Source: Catajapyx aquilonaris
Taxonomy: Eukaryota
NCBI GenBank assembly: GCA_000934665.2
Contig: JYFJ02002917.1
Coordinates: 1-49,000, forward strand
Reading direction: 5' to 3'
Length of the DNA stretch: 49,000 bases
Numbering within the stretch: the first letter of the stretch is position 1; each line of letters starts with the position of its first letter. A model generated the notes under the pieces. That model was not told the DNA's origin. It saw only the letters and a program-made list of their open reading frames with translations, and made no database searches. A program made the position numbers and the translations under genes. Of the stretch, positions 36,031 to 49,000 are shown piece after piece.

Positions 36031-39000
36031 CTGTATATCGGATATAATCGTCGATTAAATTCATATTTCGCTTTTCAAACACTGTGTTCGTAATTATATT
36101 AATCGCGATGTATACAGTGGTTGCCATTATTCATGACAGAAAAATGGCATCGATGTGTCCTATAACGGCGGACCACCTGCATACAAAATGCTATAGTAAT
36201 GAACTTATTACTTTAGTCATTGCATTAATAATTTAATTCCATTAAGGATAATTATACAATGCGTATCAAACGGAGCATGCCTTAGTCAATATTTCAAAAA
36301 AATTATCTTGGAGCTAATTACTTACATTTGCGACTTGAAAGCGTACAATTCAAGATGAAGTTATTATGTCATCCAATTTTGTAGCTATCAAAAAACGTTA
36401 AATATAGCTGTGCACTAATAGACTTGGAAAAAGCACAGTTATGAAGTAGAACCAAGTCGTTTGATACCATTTCCACGGATTATACGTTTAGTAACGGGTC
36501 GTATTTCTCCATCGATTTGCATTCATTGCCACCCGTGTCATAACTCCGACATTATCAGATATTATAGCCATTAAGTCGAAGCCATACAAAAAAATGGAAA
36601 TACACATGGCAAAAACCGGAGCTACAACTCTACATATCCAAGGTGATCGTGCTGAGCATCCAGTTTTCTTCTTCATCAGCTCTCGGCACATTTTACATCC
36701 CATCTTACGTGGTAACAAGGGTCATACATGACACCTATGGGCGGGTCAGTATACCTTGTACTGCACTCATCATAAACCTATACTAAGTTAAAATATTTTT
36801 TGTCTACATATTGAGGAGAATAATGTAACCGTTTCACTTGAGGTCTGTAGGCTGTCGACATGCATTTTCTGGTCGCGTGATTAGAAGGCGAAGATTGATG
36901 GCGTTAAAGATGCACTAAACAGACCGCCGCTTTTTTATGAGGTTAAAAAACTGTGGAAAAAATGTAGGGACAAATTGTTTTCTTACAGATTACCGAAACA
37001 GGAGGATTGTTTGGAATGCTTTTTGTCAAAATGCCGTGTACACAAAAAAAATGTCTTCGTAAGACCTGATTCTCCTGATTCAGCAACAGCAGATTTGACA
37101 GTGCAATTTCTTCAAATAATGGGCCAATTCTGATGCAAAGTCTCCATATTACTTGTAGATAGCTTTTCAATCCAGTTGAGACCTTCACTCTTGGACGTGA
37201 ACCTGTGGTTGGAGAAGGACATTTTGGTGATTACAAACAGTTCCCAAGTCTTCGAGATTTGTCCTGCTGAGCAACCCGGCATCATCCCAACCTGACATAT
37301 GGGTAGGTCCTTGTAGTTTGAAGCAACAAGCCCGGCACGAGAGGGGTTTTTGCCCCGGAGGACTACGGCTGGTTCTCGGTTGCAGCACGAGACAATGGCA
37401 GCACAGTGGTGGCCTTTGACCTCATTTGTGGGATCACGTGCTGGAGGGACTCTAATCCCTGGTCACCCCCGGGCCAGCTTTGTGGCCATCCACCAGCCAC
37501 GGCACCGTATAGTCTAACGGAAACCGGTCCTTCCCGCTCTTCTTCTTCCAGCTACATAGCCGCTTCATCATTCTCTTCTGGGGGAGATGGGCTCTCTTAT
37601 ACTAAAGTACACAGCCGAAACAAGTCGGGACACCAACCATACCAAAAAAAAACAGCAACTAAAATTGCATCGAAAAACTAATTATTTTATGAACTCTACA
37701 ATTTTGCAATTACTGCTCTTGACCATACTCGTGAGTATCCCTGAAGAAATTGCAAGACACCTGTTGCGGTCTCTATATCTTGGAGTCCATTCCAAAGAGA
37801 TGTTAGAATGATGTTGCAAAGGCGGTGGAATGGGTCTGCAAATCACACAAATCTTTTCCGGCCGCCACGACAACCAGCATCTCGTTTCATAAATAAGTCA
37901 CAAACAAGTTGTTGTGTCCCCACCACCACCATCACCCTGACCACCACCATCCTCCACTCCAACCAGTCCTGATACGCACTTTTCGCCGCTTGTTTCGCAG
38001 CCAAAAACTACCCAACTCCACACCATATTGCCACCATAATCCCGGTTCTTCATTTCAGAAAGTCATATTAGGACCACCCAAAAACAGGGTTGAAGTAACC
38101 TGTTTATTCCCCCCTCCTTGTACCGAAAAGGGTCTGACTGGGCAGGGGGGCGAAGAAGTCCTTACCGATAATTTATTGTCGACAACCACCTCCCCTCTTC
38201 CCCTTCCCTTGGCCCACATGAACCATAAAGTCATTCCGGAGTTTTACAAGGGGAGGGTTCGTTCAAAGGCCAACCTGATGGATATGCTGGGGTCTCCACG
38301 GGAATGGTCTTATATTCCAAGCATGCGACCACCCTTGTGCCACCCATTTGTGGAGTGTCAATCGAGTAGTCTAAAACGTGTGACCAAAAAAAAAAATTTT
38401 TTTTGACGCAGTTACTATATCGTAGAGATGTTACCGGGTATGTCATATGATTAGATTATGAGTCAAGTGGGTGTCCTGATTTCATTGCATATTTGTGATA
38501 ACATCTATATTTAGTGGTTATGACGTGGGTGTAATTTCAAAAATATGTATTACTGCAAAAACATGTTGACGTGTAATTACAGTAAAATAAGTTTCTTGCA
38601 CACTTGTGACCGTACAGAATGCACAAAAAATTACGGTGTAACATAAGGGCTGAAGACACTTGTTTACGGGGAACAGGAAACAACAGTGCAAAGAAACAAA
38701 TGCAACAAAATATTGTGGTCTGACAGGCGTAGTAAAGTTGGTCCATCTTGTTAAAACCGTTACGTTACATGCTCAGAGACTCGGCTCGAGTACGTGCGTG
38801 TGTGAGAGATATGTGTAAAAGAGACGACCCCCTTGAGAATGAGGATAGAGGGGGGGGAGAAAAACACACACTTCCACTTTGACCATATGTTACCACTTGG
38901 CACTTTTTTCAACAACTTCCGCAGAAGCTGTTAGAATGCGAGTGTTATTAGCGGTGTTGATTTTAAAAATGACTGAAGCACTCAATTTCTGTTTGGAAGG

Positions 39001-39645
39001 AAAACCGGTGATAAATCGTCATGGGGTCATCCTGGGTAATTTGTATTTAGGATTACCTTGATTACTATGTTTTCAAATTTTGGTGCCTTCATTGACATGG
39101 AGGCCTGCATTCTTCTACAGTGCCTATTTTCATCGTTGGCACAGTAGCAGTGCGATGATGGGACTAACTAATATTTTTAAGAATGTGGTGCAAATTATCA
39201 CTTGACATCTGTTGAAATACAATATTCTGTAAGAAGCTAGACCGGATGTTTTGCACTGTTTCGCACTTTGAACACCCAGGGTCCGGCAAGTGTGTACGAC
39301 ATCTGTTTCCCTGGATTGTCTAGGTTTTCATTGAAATTTGACTGTCATTAGAGTCAACTGAATCAGTGCAAATGAAGGAAAAAGTAAGATAATGCACTCT
39401 GTATATTATGCTTACTTAGACTTAAACCCAAGGGATTAATCTCTTCGGTACTCCGTTGTACACCTGCAGTGGTACTCCTCGGTACTTCTTGGTACTCCTT
39501 GAATTTGTTACTCCAGTGTACACTTTACACTCGAGTGGTTAACCACTTGCTTAAGCCTTACCAATAATTTCTTTGTATATTCCGTCTATCTCTATAATAA
39601 TAGCATGATTTTTTCGCCTCCGGAACGCTCCGGCAGGAGAACTGT

Positions 39646-39727
39646 CCCCGGTGAGTGCTGCCACCTTCTGATCGCGGCGGAAAGATAGAAGGGCCCCTGG
39701 TGAGTGCTGCCACCTTCTCATCACGGC
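39646..39727. repeat. Direct repeat of about 33 bp (two copies)
   Basis: ccccggtgagtgctgccaccttctgatcgcggc and cccctggtgagtgctgccaccttctcatcacggc. Confidence 0.8.
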
Positions 39728-42700
39728 ACTAAATCATCAGGCCTTGCCAAATTTTGGCTACGAGTGCGCTAGTTCACAATAATGGTCGTTAGGGCGATAA
39801 TTACGCATTAATGCTCGTACCAGAAACGTTCTAAAACACAAAAGAATGCCCTATAAAAGAAAAAAAAATATTAAAAATTAAAATTAATGCAGAACAATGG
39901 AAGCCCCAAAATGTGATAAGTTATCATCTCGATATTGCATCAGACAAAAAGATGAAATATCGCTAGACTTGAAATGGTTATGTGCACCTGTTCATATCAT
40001 TTACAAAGTACACTTATATGACGTGCAACTGCCTAAATATTTCCTTGTTCTGAATGGAAGTTACGCGCACTATAGCATACTAAAGTCGCTTCAACACTAT
40101 CTTTTCCATTCATTTTGGACTCACATTCATTTTTTTTAAAGCTTCAGGCATTAATTGGTCCCACAAAGTAATTCCAGTCTCGCTAACAAAAGGACAGGAG
40201 AATATAAAAATAAGGAATGGTCACCACCCCCTCTTCACAATGACCTAGACAACAGTAGAGTCTGTGTAGAGGTAGTCAAGGCCCAGTGGGCGAGTCCACA
40301 ATTTGTGTAGGGAGAAGCACATAATAGCAAGAAGAGAGCTAGAAAAGGGGGGGATGGGTAGTCCTAAAAGTGTCTCCCCCCTCTCTCCTCCACTTTCCAC
40401 CATGGCAACCCCTGGCAACCCCTGGCGACCTCCAGCGGTGTTATGAATGAAAAGGAGCCTGGTAATCCAATCTGGCACCCCCCGAGACCCTGAATCAGAC
40501 TCTTCTTCAAGACAAACCTCTTCTCATCATGACGCTGCAGCAGTCGAGTCAGAGGGAAATGAACATGGAAGGTTGTGGGGTGTGGTATGTGGTTTTTGGT
40601 CTCCAGAGTTAAACCAGACTATGGTTACACCCTGGCGGTCATTTTAAGGGGGTCGTAAACATGGCTGTTTAAGCTGCTGGTCACTCTAATTGTTTGGACA
40701 GATTTACAATCTGAGAATGGGGGTAAATGAATAAATTAAATGGATGGTTATTTAGGTGCTGTATTGTAGCCTCAATTAACTGGTGATTACACAAAATGCC
40801 TTATAGCGTTTATCCAAGGACCAGTAATAACTCATGTGCGACAAAAAGCGTGTGTATTGGCCTTTACGTGCCGGTGAGAGGGCGGCGTGAGAGAGAAAAA
40901 AAAGCGAAGTAAATAAAGCAGTTCAGGTTTTTAGATTCCCAAGAGTTTGCGTGCATGCTCTAATGTGCACTTGGTACTTAAAACAGATCGGTAGAGACGT
41001 TAAGTCATCGCCGCGGAATTTTTCAGGCACATGAAACAATTTGTTTACCTCCGTCCGTGAGACTTTTCCTATGTGTATTCACACCCTTTTACTTTTCATT
41101 ACTTTTTTCTGCACGCTAGTCTCAAATGCCTGACTGATATGGGTCACTTCCATTTGGAAATTGTTACAAATGTATCATATTCACGGACTCTGTTTTTTTT
41201 TTGTACTTCCAATGTTCAATGCTTCTAGACACATGAATGCTGCTTCACATTGCATACATCATGTTGCGTTTATATTGGACATATCCAACACACGATAAGA
41301 GTGATGTTTCTCCCACAGGATATAGAAATCGCGACTGGCTGAGGGACGAATAGGGTGAAAGCCAAAGGAGGAGAAAACTGAGACACTTTGTGTGCAAATG
41401 TCTCCCGGAAGTCTCCACTTCTGACTGAATAGTCATGTCTTTCATTCAAACGGTCATAAATTTTCCAACCTTTCTTCGTAGTTATGAACAGGTTGCACAA
41501 AAAAAAGTAGCCTTTTGCATACAATATTTCTTCTTTTTTTTCGTCTGCAAAACATTTTCTTGGAAACATATTTCGGCCAATTGAGACTCGTGTCGGCGAG
41601 ATCACACTGGATGGGCTTCCTGTGATATGGAAATGTAGCGTGAGAGGTCATATATTAACGTCCTGTTTTTATATCCAGGACTTTTTCCTTACCAGTAATG
41701 GATTTGAAACCATGTTAGCAATTTAAATTAATTATACAGTAAAAGCAGTTGGAATATATATTAGAAAATAATTGCGCACCGTAAGTTATAGTGCTGACCG
41801 GTGCTGACAATGCTGTGGGCCAAAAACTAGTTTTAAAAACGTGTCATGGTGACAATCTGCTTTCACCAACGACAATGTCACAAGCAGTACCATGGATGAC
41901 CACCAAATTCCACAAGTAGCATCATAATACGCAACAGAATATCCGGTCATGATAGCAGACCCTTTCGGTAGCAAGAATTCGAACTATTTCCTGCCGTCGA
42001 TCATTCCCCCGTAAAACGGAACATTTTCCGGACAGGATTACAGCAAGTTCCCATTTGAAGAATGAGTCCCAAACGTGTCCCTTCGTAGCCCCCAATCTGG
42101 ACAAAAACCGCGACCTTGGTTCAGGTCTCCTCCTAAATCCCATGGTATTATGTTACCCTCTGGCCAGTTACCTTCTCTGCATGGGGCATACCCCCCACCT
42201 CCCACCTCCCCATCACCACCCGCCTACACCCTCCATAACCCCGTCCATTTGTCACAAGAAACTCTATTGACTACCCCCCCCCCCCNAAAAAAAAAAAAAA
42301 TCCCCGTTCAAATTCTAACTTCCCCGTGAAAAATGTCTGATGCAAGAAATTAGGTGGAATATTTAATATGTGGCGACATTTCATTCACACGACAGCCAAT
42401 TTGAATAAAATGACAAAAAAAATTTTGACGTGGATTTTATAAGAGGATTTGGTTTGAGATCTTGTCTGGCGGTTCTTGCGGATATAACGGTCGGTGTGTA
42501 GTTAATTCCTATTTACTTCTGGTGATTAGACCTCTTTGGAATGCTGTCTCATGTAATCTGATAGATAATTCATCGTCGACAGAGTTACAATTTATAATTA
42601 TATAAGGTTGGATGACGCGAGTCATTATTTTGAGATAATATTACGTTGTCAATGGGGTGATCATCCGAGACTGATAAATATTGTGGATTCCCGAACACTT

Positions 42701-45700
42701 GAAGAAAATCATATTTTCGAGGATACGGTTATCATAAAAAGGGGCGAACATTCACTTCATATTTCTTAACAGTTTCTGCTTCCCATTCTACAATCTGCCA
42801 TAATTTTTTTATAGAATGTAAAATTTTAATGGTTGGAATGGTACATCCTTTAGTTCTTAATCTGACATTTTTGCATGATCCAGTTATTGAGTCCCAAGAT
42901 TATGTGGTAGTAAGTAGCCCAGTGTCATCTATTATGAGTTCTATATCTGAAATAGCATGAAAGCATATCAGCCTAAACTCCCATGACTGTAGATTTCGGA
43001 ATAACTACAAAAGGCTACAAAAATCAGCACAACATATTATGCGCTTGTAAAATTCATGAAGAAATTTTGTGACATTACAGTGCAGTGTATAAAAACACAT
43101 AGTCACATAAAGCTGGGTGGAAAACTTTTGTTGTCATACTCAGTGTGACCTTTTAGCAAATATTGACCCATATTGTCACACTACTGAGAAATGCCAGTCA
43201 TTGTCCTATATTACAGGTCAACAATATATGTCCCAAGTGTTGATCTCATGAATAGTTTTCCTGTTACCTTCTACACAGCTAAAAAAAAATGAACGTCAAG
43301 TACCATGTATAGGTTTCTGAGTACTCTTGACGCGTTTAAAATTACCAAATTAGTGTCGCACACACCTCTTTTTAAACACTTGAACCGAAATAGGTCGCAT
43401 ATGCCACATACAGGTGATAGTATAAAAATGTACTAGATAAGGAATTCGGAGAATTTTGGCAGCTTATCTCCAATTGACGTTCTGTATACATCATAGGCCA
43501 AGAGAGATACAAGGTTGATGGACGAGCGAATTCCAAGTAGAAGATCCAGATAATCTTCCAGGAGGACGCAAAATAGTTAGTGTCTACACGTACAATTTAG
43601 TAATCTATACATTCTATTTTAAAGGCAATCCGGGAAGTTATGGCGTGCCACATCCGTAAATGAATGTCATAAATTGACGGGTACGTACAAAAAAAATTTA
43701 CCTATCGTCATTGGTGACCTCCAAATGATCTCTGGACCTGTACACAGCTTCTTCTTTATTATGTAAACAAAAACGCAGAGAAGTTACGTAAGTTTGAAAA
43801 ATGGCAACCATTTTATGTGTGGGATCTCTATTATACTTCGATCCAATAAGTTTATGGCGTGCTTTTATTGCCCTTGAGTTACGATGTGAGGGATAGGCAA
43901 ATAAGGATTGATAGCACCAAAGATTTATGTTAATTTCCTTATGGGCTGAACTTGTATGCCTCGGCAAACACTAAATTTATGTAAAACACATTTGTAGCGA
44001 CATAACCATATCAACTACTTTATACACATTTCGAGTGTGCTGCAGATTAGTCTACATGATACTTGTAAATGTCACTGAACCTGGTTTATCATATTAAATG
44101 TATGAAAAAAATGAACCCAATTGCTGATGCAATTTAGTATTTTTAGTGCACCAATTATACGGATCCAACCCGACTCAATTTACACTCTGGATTCAAATCT
44201 GTGGCACTAATTACTGTATACTGCTTGTATAAAGCAAGTACCTGCGAATTAATTTAATGAAAGCCGCCTACGTCCACAGATCGGATCGATGTAATATGCA
44301 TCGGATGGAGTTAGGAAAACGTTTTTACTATGCCGACAGTATAGAAAAAAAATTGGGCAATTTATGCGCTCGTACTCATAGAAATGGCTGTTTAGATGGA
44401 GTTGGTGGGTGGGGAGGTCCACCTGAAGAAGTGGATGGTTCACACTCTTTAGCCTGGGGTCCACCTTCCCTTCCATTAATTTCGGGCCAAAACGGCGGAC
44501 TAAGAGGAACGCCGGGATTGAATTCTTGCCACCCGATGGAATCTCATAATTTCTCCTTTTTTATTCCTTTTTCTTCATAAGCTTAGGAGACATTTTTCGA
44601 AAAAGTGTACAAGTTAGTGCAATTGATGGGAGTCCTTTTTCTCATTAGCAAAATTATTTACTGACAGGTTTTATCACTATGTAAATTCGTTACCGGTATG
44701 TCATGGTGATTTTCGGCGACAACATTGCACTGTAAAGTACTCCGCAAAGTAATGATGTACTTAATCGCAATTCTGAAACTGGTTAGGAAATCGGTTCGTT
44801 CTTAAGGCATATCCGAATTCCTGCACATCGTTGGTCACTTCTAGTCAATTTTGCTACTTATAAACATTAGTTCCAGCTCTAAAATATTGCCACTTAATTG
44901 CCTATTTGAACTGTTTACCAAAAGTTATTCTACTGTAGGTACCCCCCCCCCCCCGAATCCAAGCATAGTACAAAAAAAAGTTCACTAACAATGATTGCCA
45001 ATCCCTGATATTTGTGACATGACTACACTCGACATAATTTAATTACAGCTTTGCCTTCCCCATTGTTCATTTCTCAAAGTCAAAATAGGTCAATACTGGC
45101 CCTTGTTTTGTGTCGTGTGGTGAAAGTAGTTGTAAGTGAAAGGTTTTCGGTCCCCCCCCCCCTTCCCCCTGAACCCCCCTGTAGGACCTTGAATATTTTC
45201 CCGCCAACTGCTTCCCGCCAAAATTGGTCCCTCGCGACCATCACGTTGTTGTTAGTAAAAAATAGGGTTTAAGTCACGATATAAGACAAACCGATTTGGA
45301 CAGGTAGGTGATTCGGAAGAAAAAAAAAAACAAACGGGATGAGCAGCAAAAGGAGTTAAGATCAGTTTCATTTGTCACGCGAAGAGTTTGACGAAGGATC
45401 TGACACTAGATGGACTGCATTCTTAGCCACTTTTTGAAACACTTTTTTGGGTATTTGTTTTACCTAATCAGTCAGCTCGGAAAAAGGTTCGCATTATGGT
45501 CAAACCAGCTTGATATCTGACGGCATTTATTTTTAATAAAAAAAAAAGTGAACATATATGAGACGGGGAAATGCTTAAATTAATGATGTCCCGTTGAATG
45601 ACACTATATAGGCAATTATGCATTTTTAATCCTGAATATACGGCCTAATTAGTTTAAAGCACACTAATAAATCAGTTTTATGGTTAACAGTGCATGCTAT

Positions 45701-46242
45701 AAGAAATGCTCACTTGTAATAAGGTGCATTGCAGTAACATCTTAGGTTTAGGTGAATATCATGTTGAATCTATAAGTAGATTTCTGAGGACAAAATAAAA
45801 AACTTGTTACAGTCTTTGTTCTAGGCGGTGGTCCAGGGTTCAAATACCGCTTCCTGCACCCTCGCTTATTTGGGTCTTTTTCTGCTTTCAATAAACCTGT
45901 CCAGACATACCTGCCCTTCCCTCTGACCAAGGGTCAGGACAAAAGATCCGTTGTGAAAAAGACCCGAAATGACTCAAAAACGGTACCCTTTACTACTTAT
46001 TTTATGGCCGTTTTCTCATTCGATGGTAAATCAGGAACAAGTGGTTCAGATAGGATTCATCCTAGAATTCATCATTTGTTATTGGTTTACCATCCATTAG
46101 AAAACCTCCCGGGCCGTGATTTCAGCAAAAAACGGGACGAATTATCGAATAACAATATTAATATTAATTTGTTTATCATGCCAGTATATAGTAGTACATA
46201 GTACATTATCACTAATTATTTTTTTTAAAATGATGTACGCAC

Positions 46243-46368
46243 CTGCATTTGTTTCCACAATTCGACATGAGCGTTGAGGGCTCTCGGGGGCAAACTACAA
46301 CAATCGGGGACTATCTGGTCGTCCTCCAGCACGTCACAAATCCCCACCAAACAATCCCCGTTCTCCAT
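46243..46368 (-). CDS. KLF5: Probable first coding exon of the KLF5/dar1-like gene
   Basis: ATG in good context (actATGG) with an in-frame stop upstream (46411-46413). Encodes MENGDCLVGICDVLEDDQIVPDCCSLPPRALNAHVELWKQMQ. The phase-0 donor CAG|gtgcgt matches the phase-0 acceptor at 29646. No homology confirmation. Confidence 0.55.
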
Positions 46369-46619
46369 AGTCCCATGCGATGAACCTTTAGACTCCAACC
46401 AACCCTTTTGCTAGTCTCTTTTTTTCTCTCTTATTTTCTGCCACTACTACTCCCGCACCTGCTGGCCCATGCTTGGCTCCATGGGCTGCTCCTCACCAAC
46501 CAACGTCTCCACCCGACCACGCTTCGGCAACCACTGCCATGGCATCATGCCATGCATGGACTCTGCTTGGCTCAGAGCAGACCTCAACGAGAGACGGCCG
46601 CAACAACAACAACAACAAA

Positions 46620-46740
46620 AGCGCATGAAGCGGCTTTATCTTTTCTGAATGGGAAGGGCCAGGGAATGGTCAGGGAAAAGGAGCCAATCAGAGTCCACCT
46701 TGGTACAACTCACGGTTCTTGTTGGCGGGAAACGGTCCAA
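46620..46740 (-). promoter_or_regulatory. Putative KLF promoter region with CCAAT box and E2F-type site
   Basis: AGCCAATCAG at 46682-46691 and TTGGCGGGAAA at 46722-46732, about 320-360 bp upstream of the candidate start codon. Confidence 0.35.
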
Positions 46741-47125
46741 GACATCGTTGATAGCATTGCTGCTCGACCAATTCATTCATACACTATCTCATCTTGGGAG
46801 GCGATAGGTGGGTGCCACGGGTCAGCCGCACGCCTCTCCCATCGTTATTCTTGGGTACGGTACGGAGAAGCACGTTTAGGGACATGTGTCAAAATTATAC
46901 AGGGTGTATGTGAATTTGCCAATATGCTAGGGAATGCTTATAGAATCATAGCAATAGGAAGGTGGAGTAATGATGGATAAATTTTTCATTTTTTATTGTT
47001 TCATTAAGAAATACATGATTTTCATAACTTAGAGAATGTGCATGTTGATTTCTACACATTATCAATATCAATATCTGCAAGTGGTAGTAATTTTGTAAAA
47101 TATTCAAGACGGATATTGACATAAT

Positions 47126-47441
47126 CACCGAAGCAGTGGTAGCGGATGGGGATATGGTATCCGACTGCTAATCGGGAGGTCCTGGGTTCGCATGCCGGTG
47201 GCCGCCTACCCTGACCGTGGTTTTCTGTGGTTTCCCATGGTCTCACCAGGAAAATTCCGGGGTCGTGTCCGTAATTATAGGCCACAGCCGCTTCCTTCCG
47301 TCCCTATCCCATCCCCATATACGAGAAGTAAAAACGAAAGCAAGAGTTCCAGATAAAAAAAATATGGTGGTATCCCACCCCCCTAAGAGAGCCCATGGCT
47401 CTAGCACGGGGCACAAATTATCATTATCATCATCATCATCA

Positions 47442-47515
<74 letters not shown>
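47126..47515 (+). mobile_element. Full-length tRNA-derived SINE (copy C) with an expanded (TCA)n(TTA)n tail
   Basis: Head accgaagcagtggtagcgg...ccgactgctaatcgggaggtcctgggttcg, body ...aggccacagccgcttccttcc, 3' module cccctaagagagcccatggctctagcacgggg, and TSD ttgacataat (47116-47125 / 47516-47525). Confidence 0.9.
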
Positions 47516-47773
47516 TTGACATAATTCCTAAACAAAAGGCGGAATAATAATGCATAATGTTCCACTTTCCATTATAATTCGTAAGAATTCATGACCATAG
47601 AATGCACCTATTGATTCCTACACATCTTCAGAGCCACTATTCGTATGATTTCATCCGTCATTGATGAGTATAAAGGTTCTACAGTCAGCAGGAAGTTGCA
47701 GTGACAAATAATGAAACGACATTGACAAAACCTTGTTCTGAACCTTTCTGGCTACTCCCTCATAGTAGACATA

Positions 47774-47981
47774 CAGGGTGTTTCAACTTTTTTGTCCGAA
47801 CAGTTATCGGAAATATTGCACTAAGCTGCTACTTTGTAAGCAGTGTATGCCACTTCAACCTAATATTCGCAGGGAATATTCCCAATTCCTCCGACAAACC
47901 AGTTGCAAGTCACTGCTTACAAAGTAGCAGCTCATAGTGCAATATTTCCGATAACTGTTACAAAAAAGTTGAAACACCCTG
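47774..47981. mobile_element. 208-bp mariner-type MITE
   Basis: Ends are TA|CAGGGTGTTTCAACTTTTTTGT and ACAAAAAAGTTGAAACACCCTG|TA, with about 70-bp arms. Confidence 0.9.
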
Positions 47982-49000
47982 TATATGTGACATCATTATT
48001 GCTGGTCTTCTATAAATTATACTGGTCAACAATGCTTTTGTTACATGAACGATTTTAGCTGTTTCTTATGCATTCATAGGCGCTGATTTTAAATATGAAG
48101 TCAGAAATTTTCTATCGCCGTCTATTTCTTGTAACAAACTTACATTTTCTTTCTAGAAAGTACACTGCACATTGGTCAACAATACCTTATGCACGTTTTA
48201 AAACAATGTCATTCCAAATGAGGATTTAGGCTTATTTACTGATATCACAGTATGGGAAACGTAGGTAATCCATTAATAAGTCATATTTAGTCATTACTCA
48301 TTACTTATTCACAAATTACAATTTCCTTACTGCTACTGCACTTTGCTTATGGACATCGAGCTTCGAGCAGGCAAGATCCAGATTCTAGCTTTGACTTTGT
48401 ATAGCGTACTAATAATGCTTAGTGCAACAGTTTTTACCATGTTATACTTGTCGGTGGAGTCGGCCATGTCCCTATATCCTCCTGAGACCTGAGAAGAATT
48501 TTTTAACGCAATGTCAGTTCCAATTGCATTTTCCGAACATGTTCCCAATAAGAAACGAGAAAAAATTTTTAGTTTTAAAATATCGACAAAATTGGCGACA
48601 AACAACCAATGAGAACATTAGGACCCAATTGGTGCTACAAAAGCAGAACGGATGAAAGCTGAAAATTGAAATACCACTTCATGGATCACTCACATAGTGC
48701 TCTATCCTCCAAACAATGTTTTTAAAATTTATTTGTGGAATTAGTGGTAGCAATTCCTCTCAGAAGACAATTAAAGATAAATGAAATAATTTTTTAACGC
48801 CACCACTCCAGGCATGGGGCTTGCTCCTTCCCTTCTTACCCGCTAAAGTGGTACCTTGCTATTCTAGATTTCAAAACTGAACTGCATAGTGAAAAGCGCA
48901 CTTCCTTATGGGTGTATAGGTACAGGCACGTAAAGAAAAGTCACACCCATTCAGTTAAAAATGCCATTTTTCGGATGTCCATTTAAATGGGCATTTGGTC

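Noticed and set aside
46408..46980. 190-aa + strand ORF
   Set aside because: It has a non-ATG start and no recognisable homology, and lies antisense to the putative KLF 5' UTR/promoter.
47126..47205. tRNA-Ser(GCT) gene
   Set aside because: There is no convincing acceptor or D stem. The sequence continues into a repeated body with tail and TSD, so it is a SINE head (likewise at 10670-10744 and 20425-20500).
31497..47981. The two 208-bp CAGGGTG MITEs as one family
   Set aside because: Only the terminal 15 bp or so are similar and the interiors differ, so the equal length may be coincidence.
48050..48700. Transib-like element (gctgattttaaatatg motif, catagtg end)
   Set aside because: No matching opposite end or TSD was found. 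It is probably old transposon debris but cannot be supported.

Overview
Eukaryotic (probably arthropod) genomic DNA with two convergent, intron-containing genes. On the + strand is the last coding exon of a UCH-L1/L3-type deubiquitinase (2074-2157), followed by a probable long 3' UTR. On the - strand is a KLF5/dar1-type Kruppel-like factor with three firm exons (29646-28656, 20098-20039, 13600-13410) and a probable first coding exon (46368-46243), about 455 aa in total. The rest is intron, UTR or intergenic DNA carrying more than a dozen short inverted-repeat DNA-transposon derivatives (Tc1/mariner, pogo/Tc2, hAT, piggyBac and PIF-like MITEs) and five tRNA-derived SINE copies built from interchangeable modules. 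The main points of interest are (i) UCHL and KLF5 as direct tail-to-tail neighbours, echoing the human 13q22 KLF5-UCHL3 linkage, (ii) a KLF5-type phosphodegron plus PY motif and a KLF5-type exon structure in an invertebrate, (iii) a chimeric SINE, and (iv) candidate post-transcriptional control elements in the KLF transcript. Family assignments come from memory, not from database searches. Nearly all ORFs in the supplied track appear spurious.
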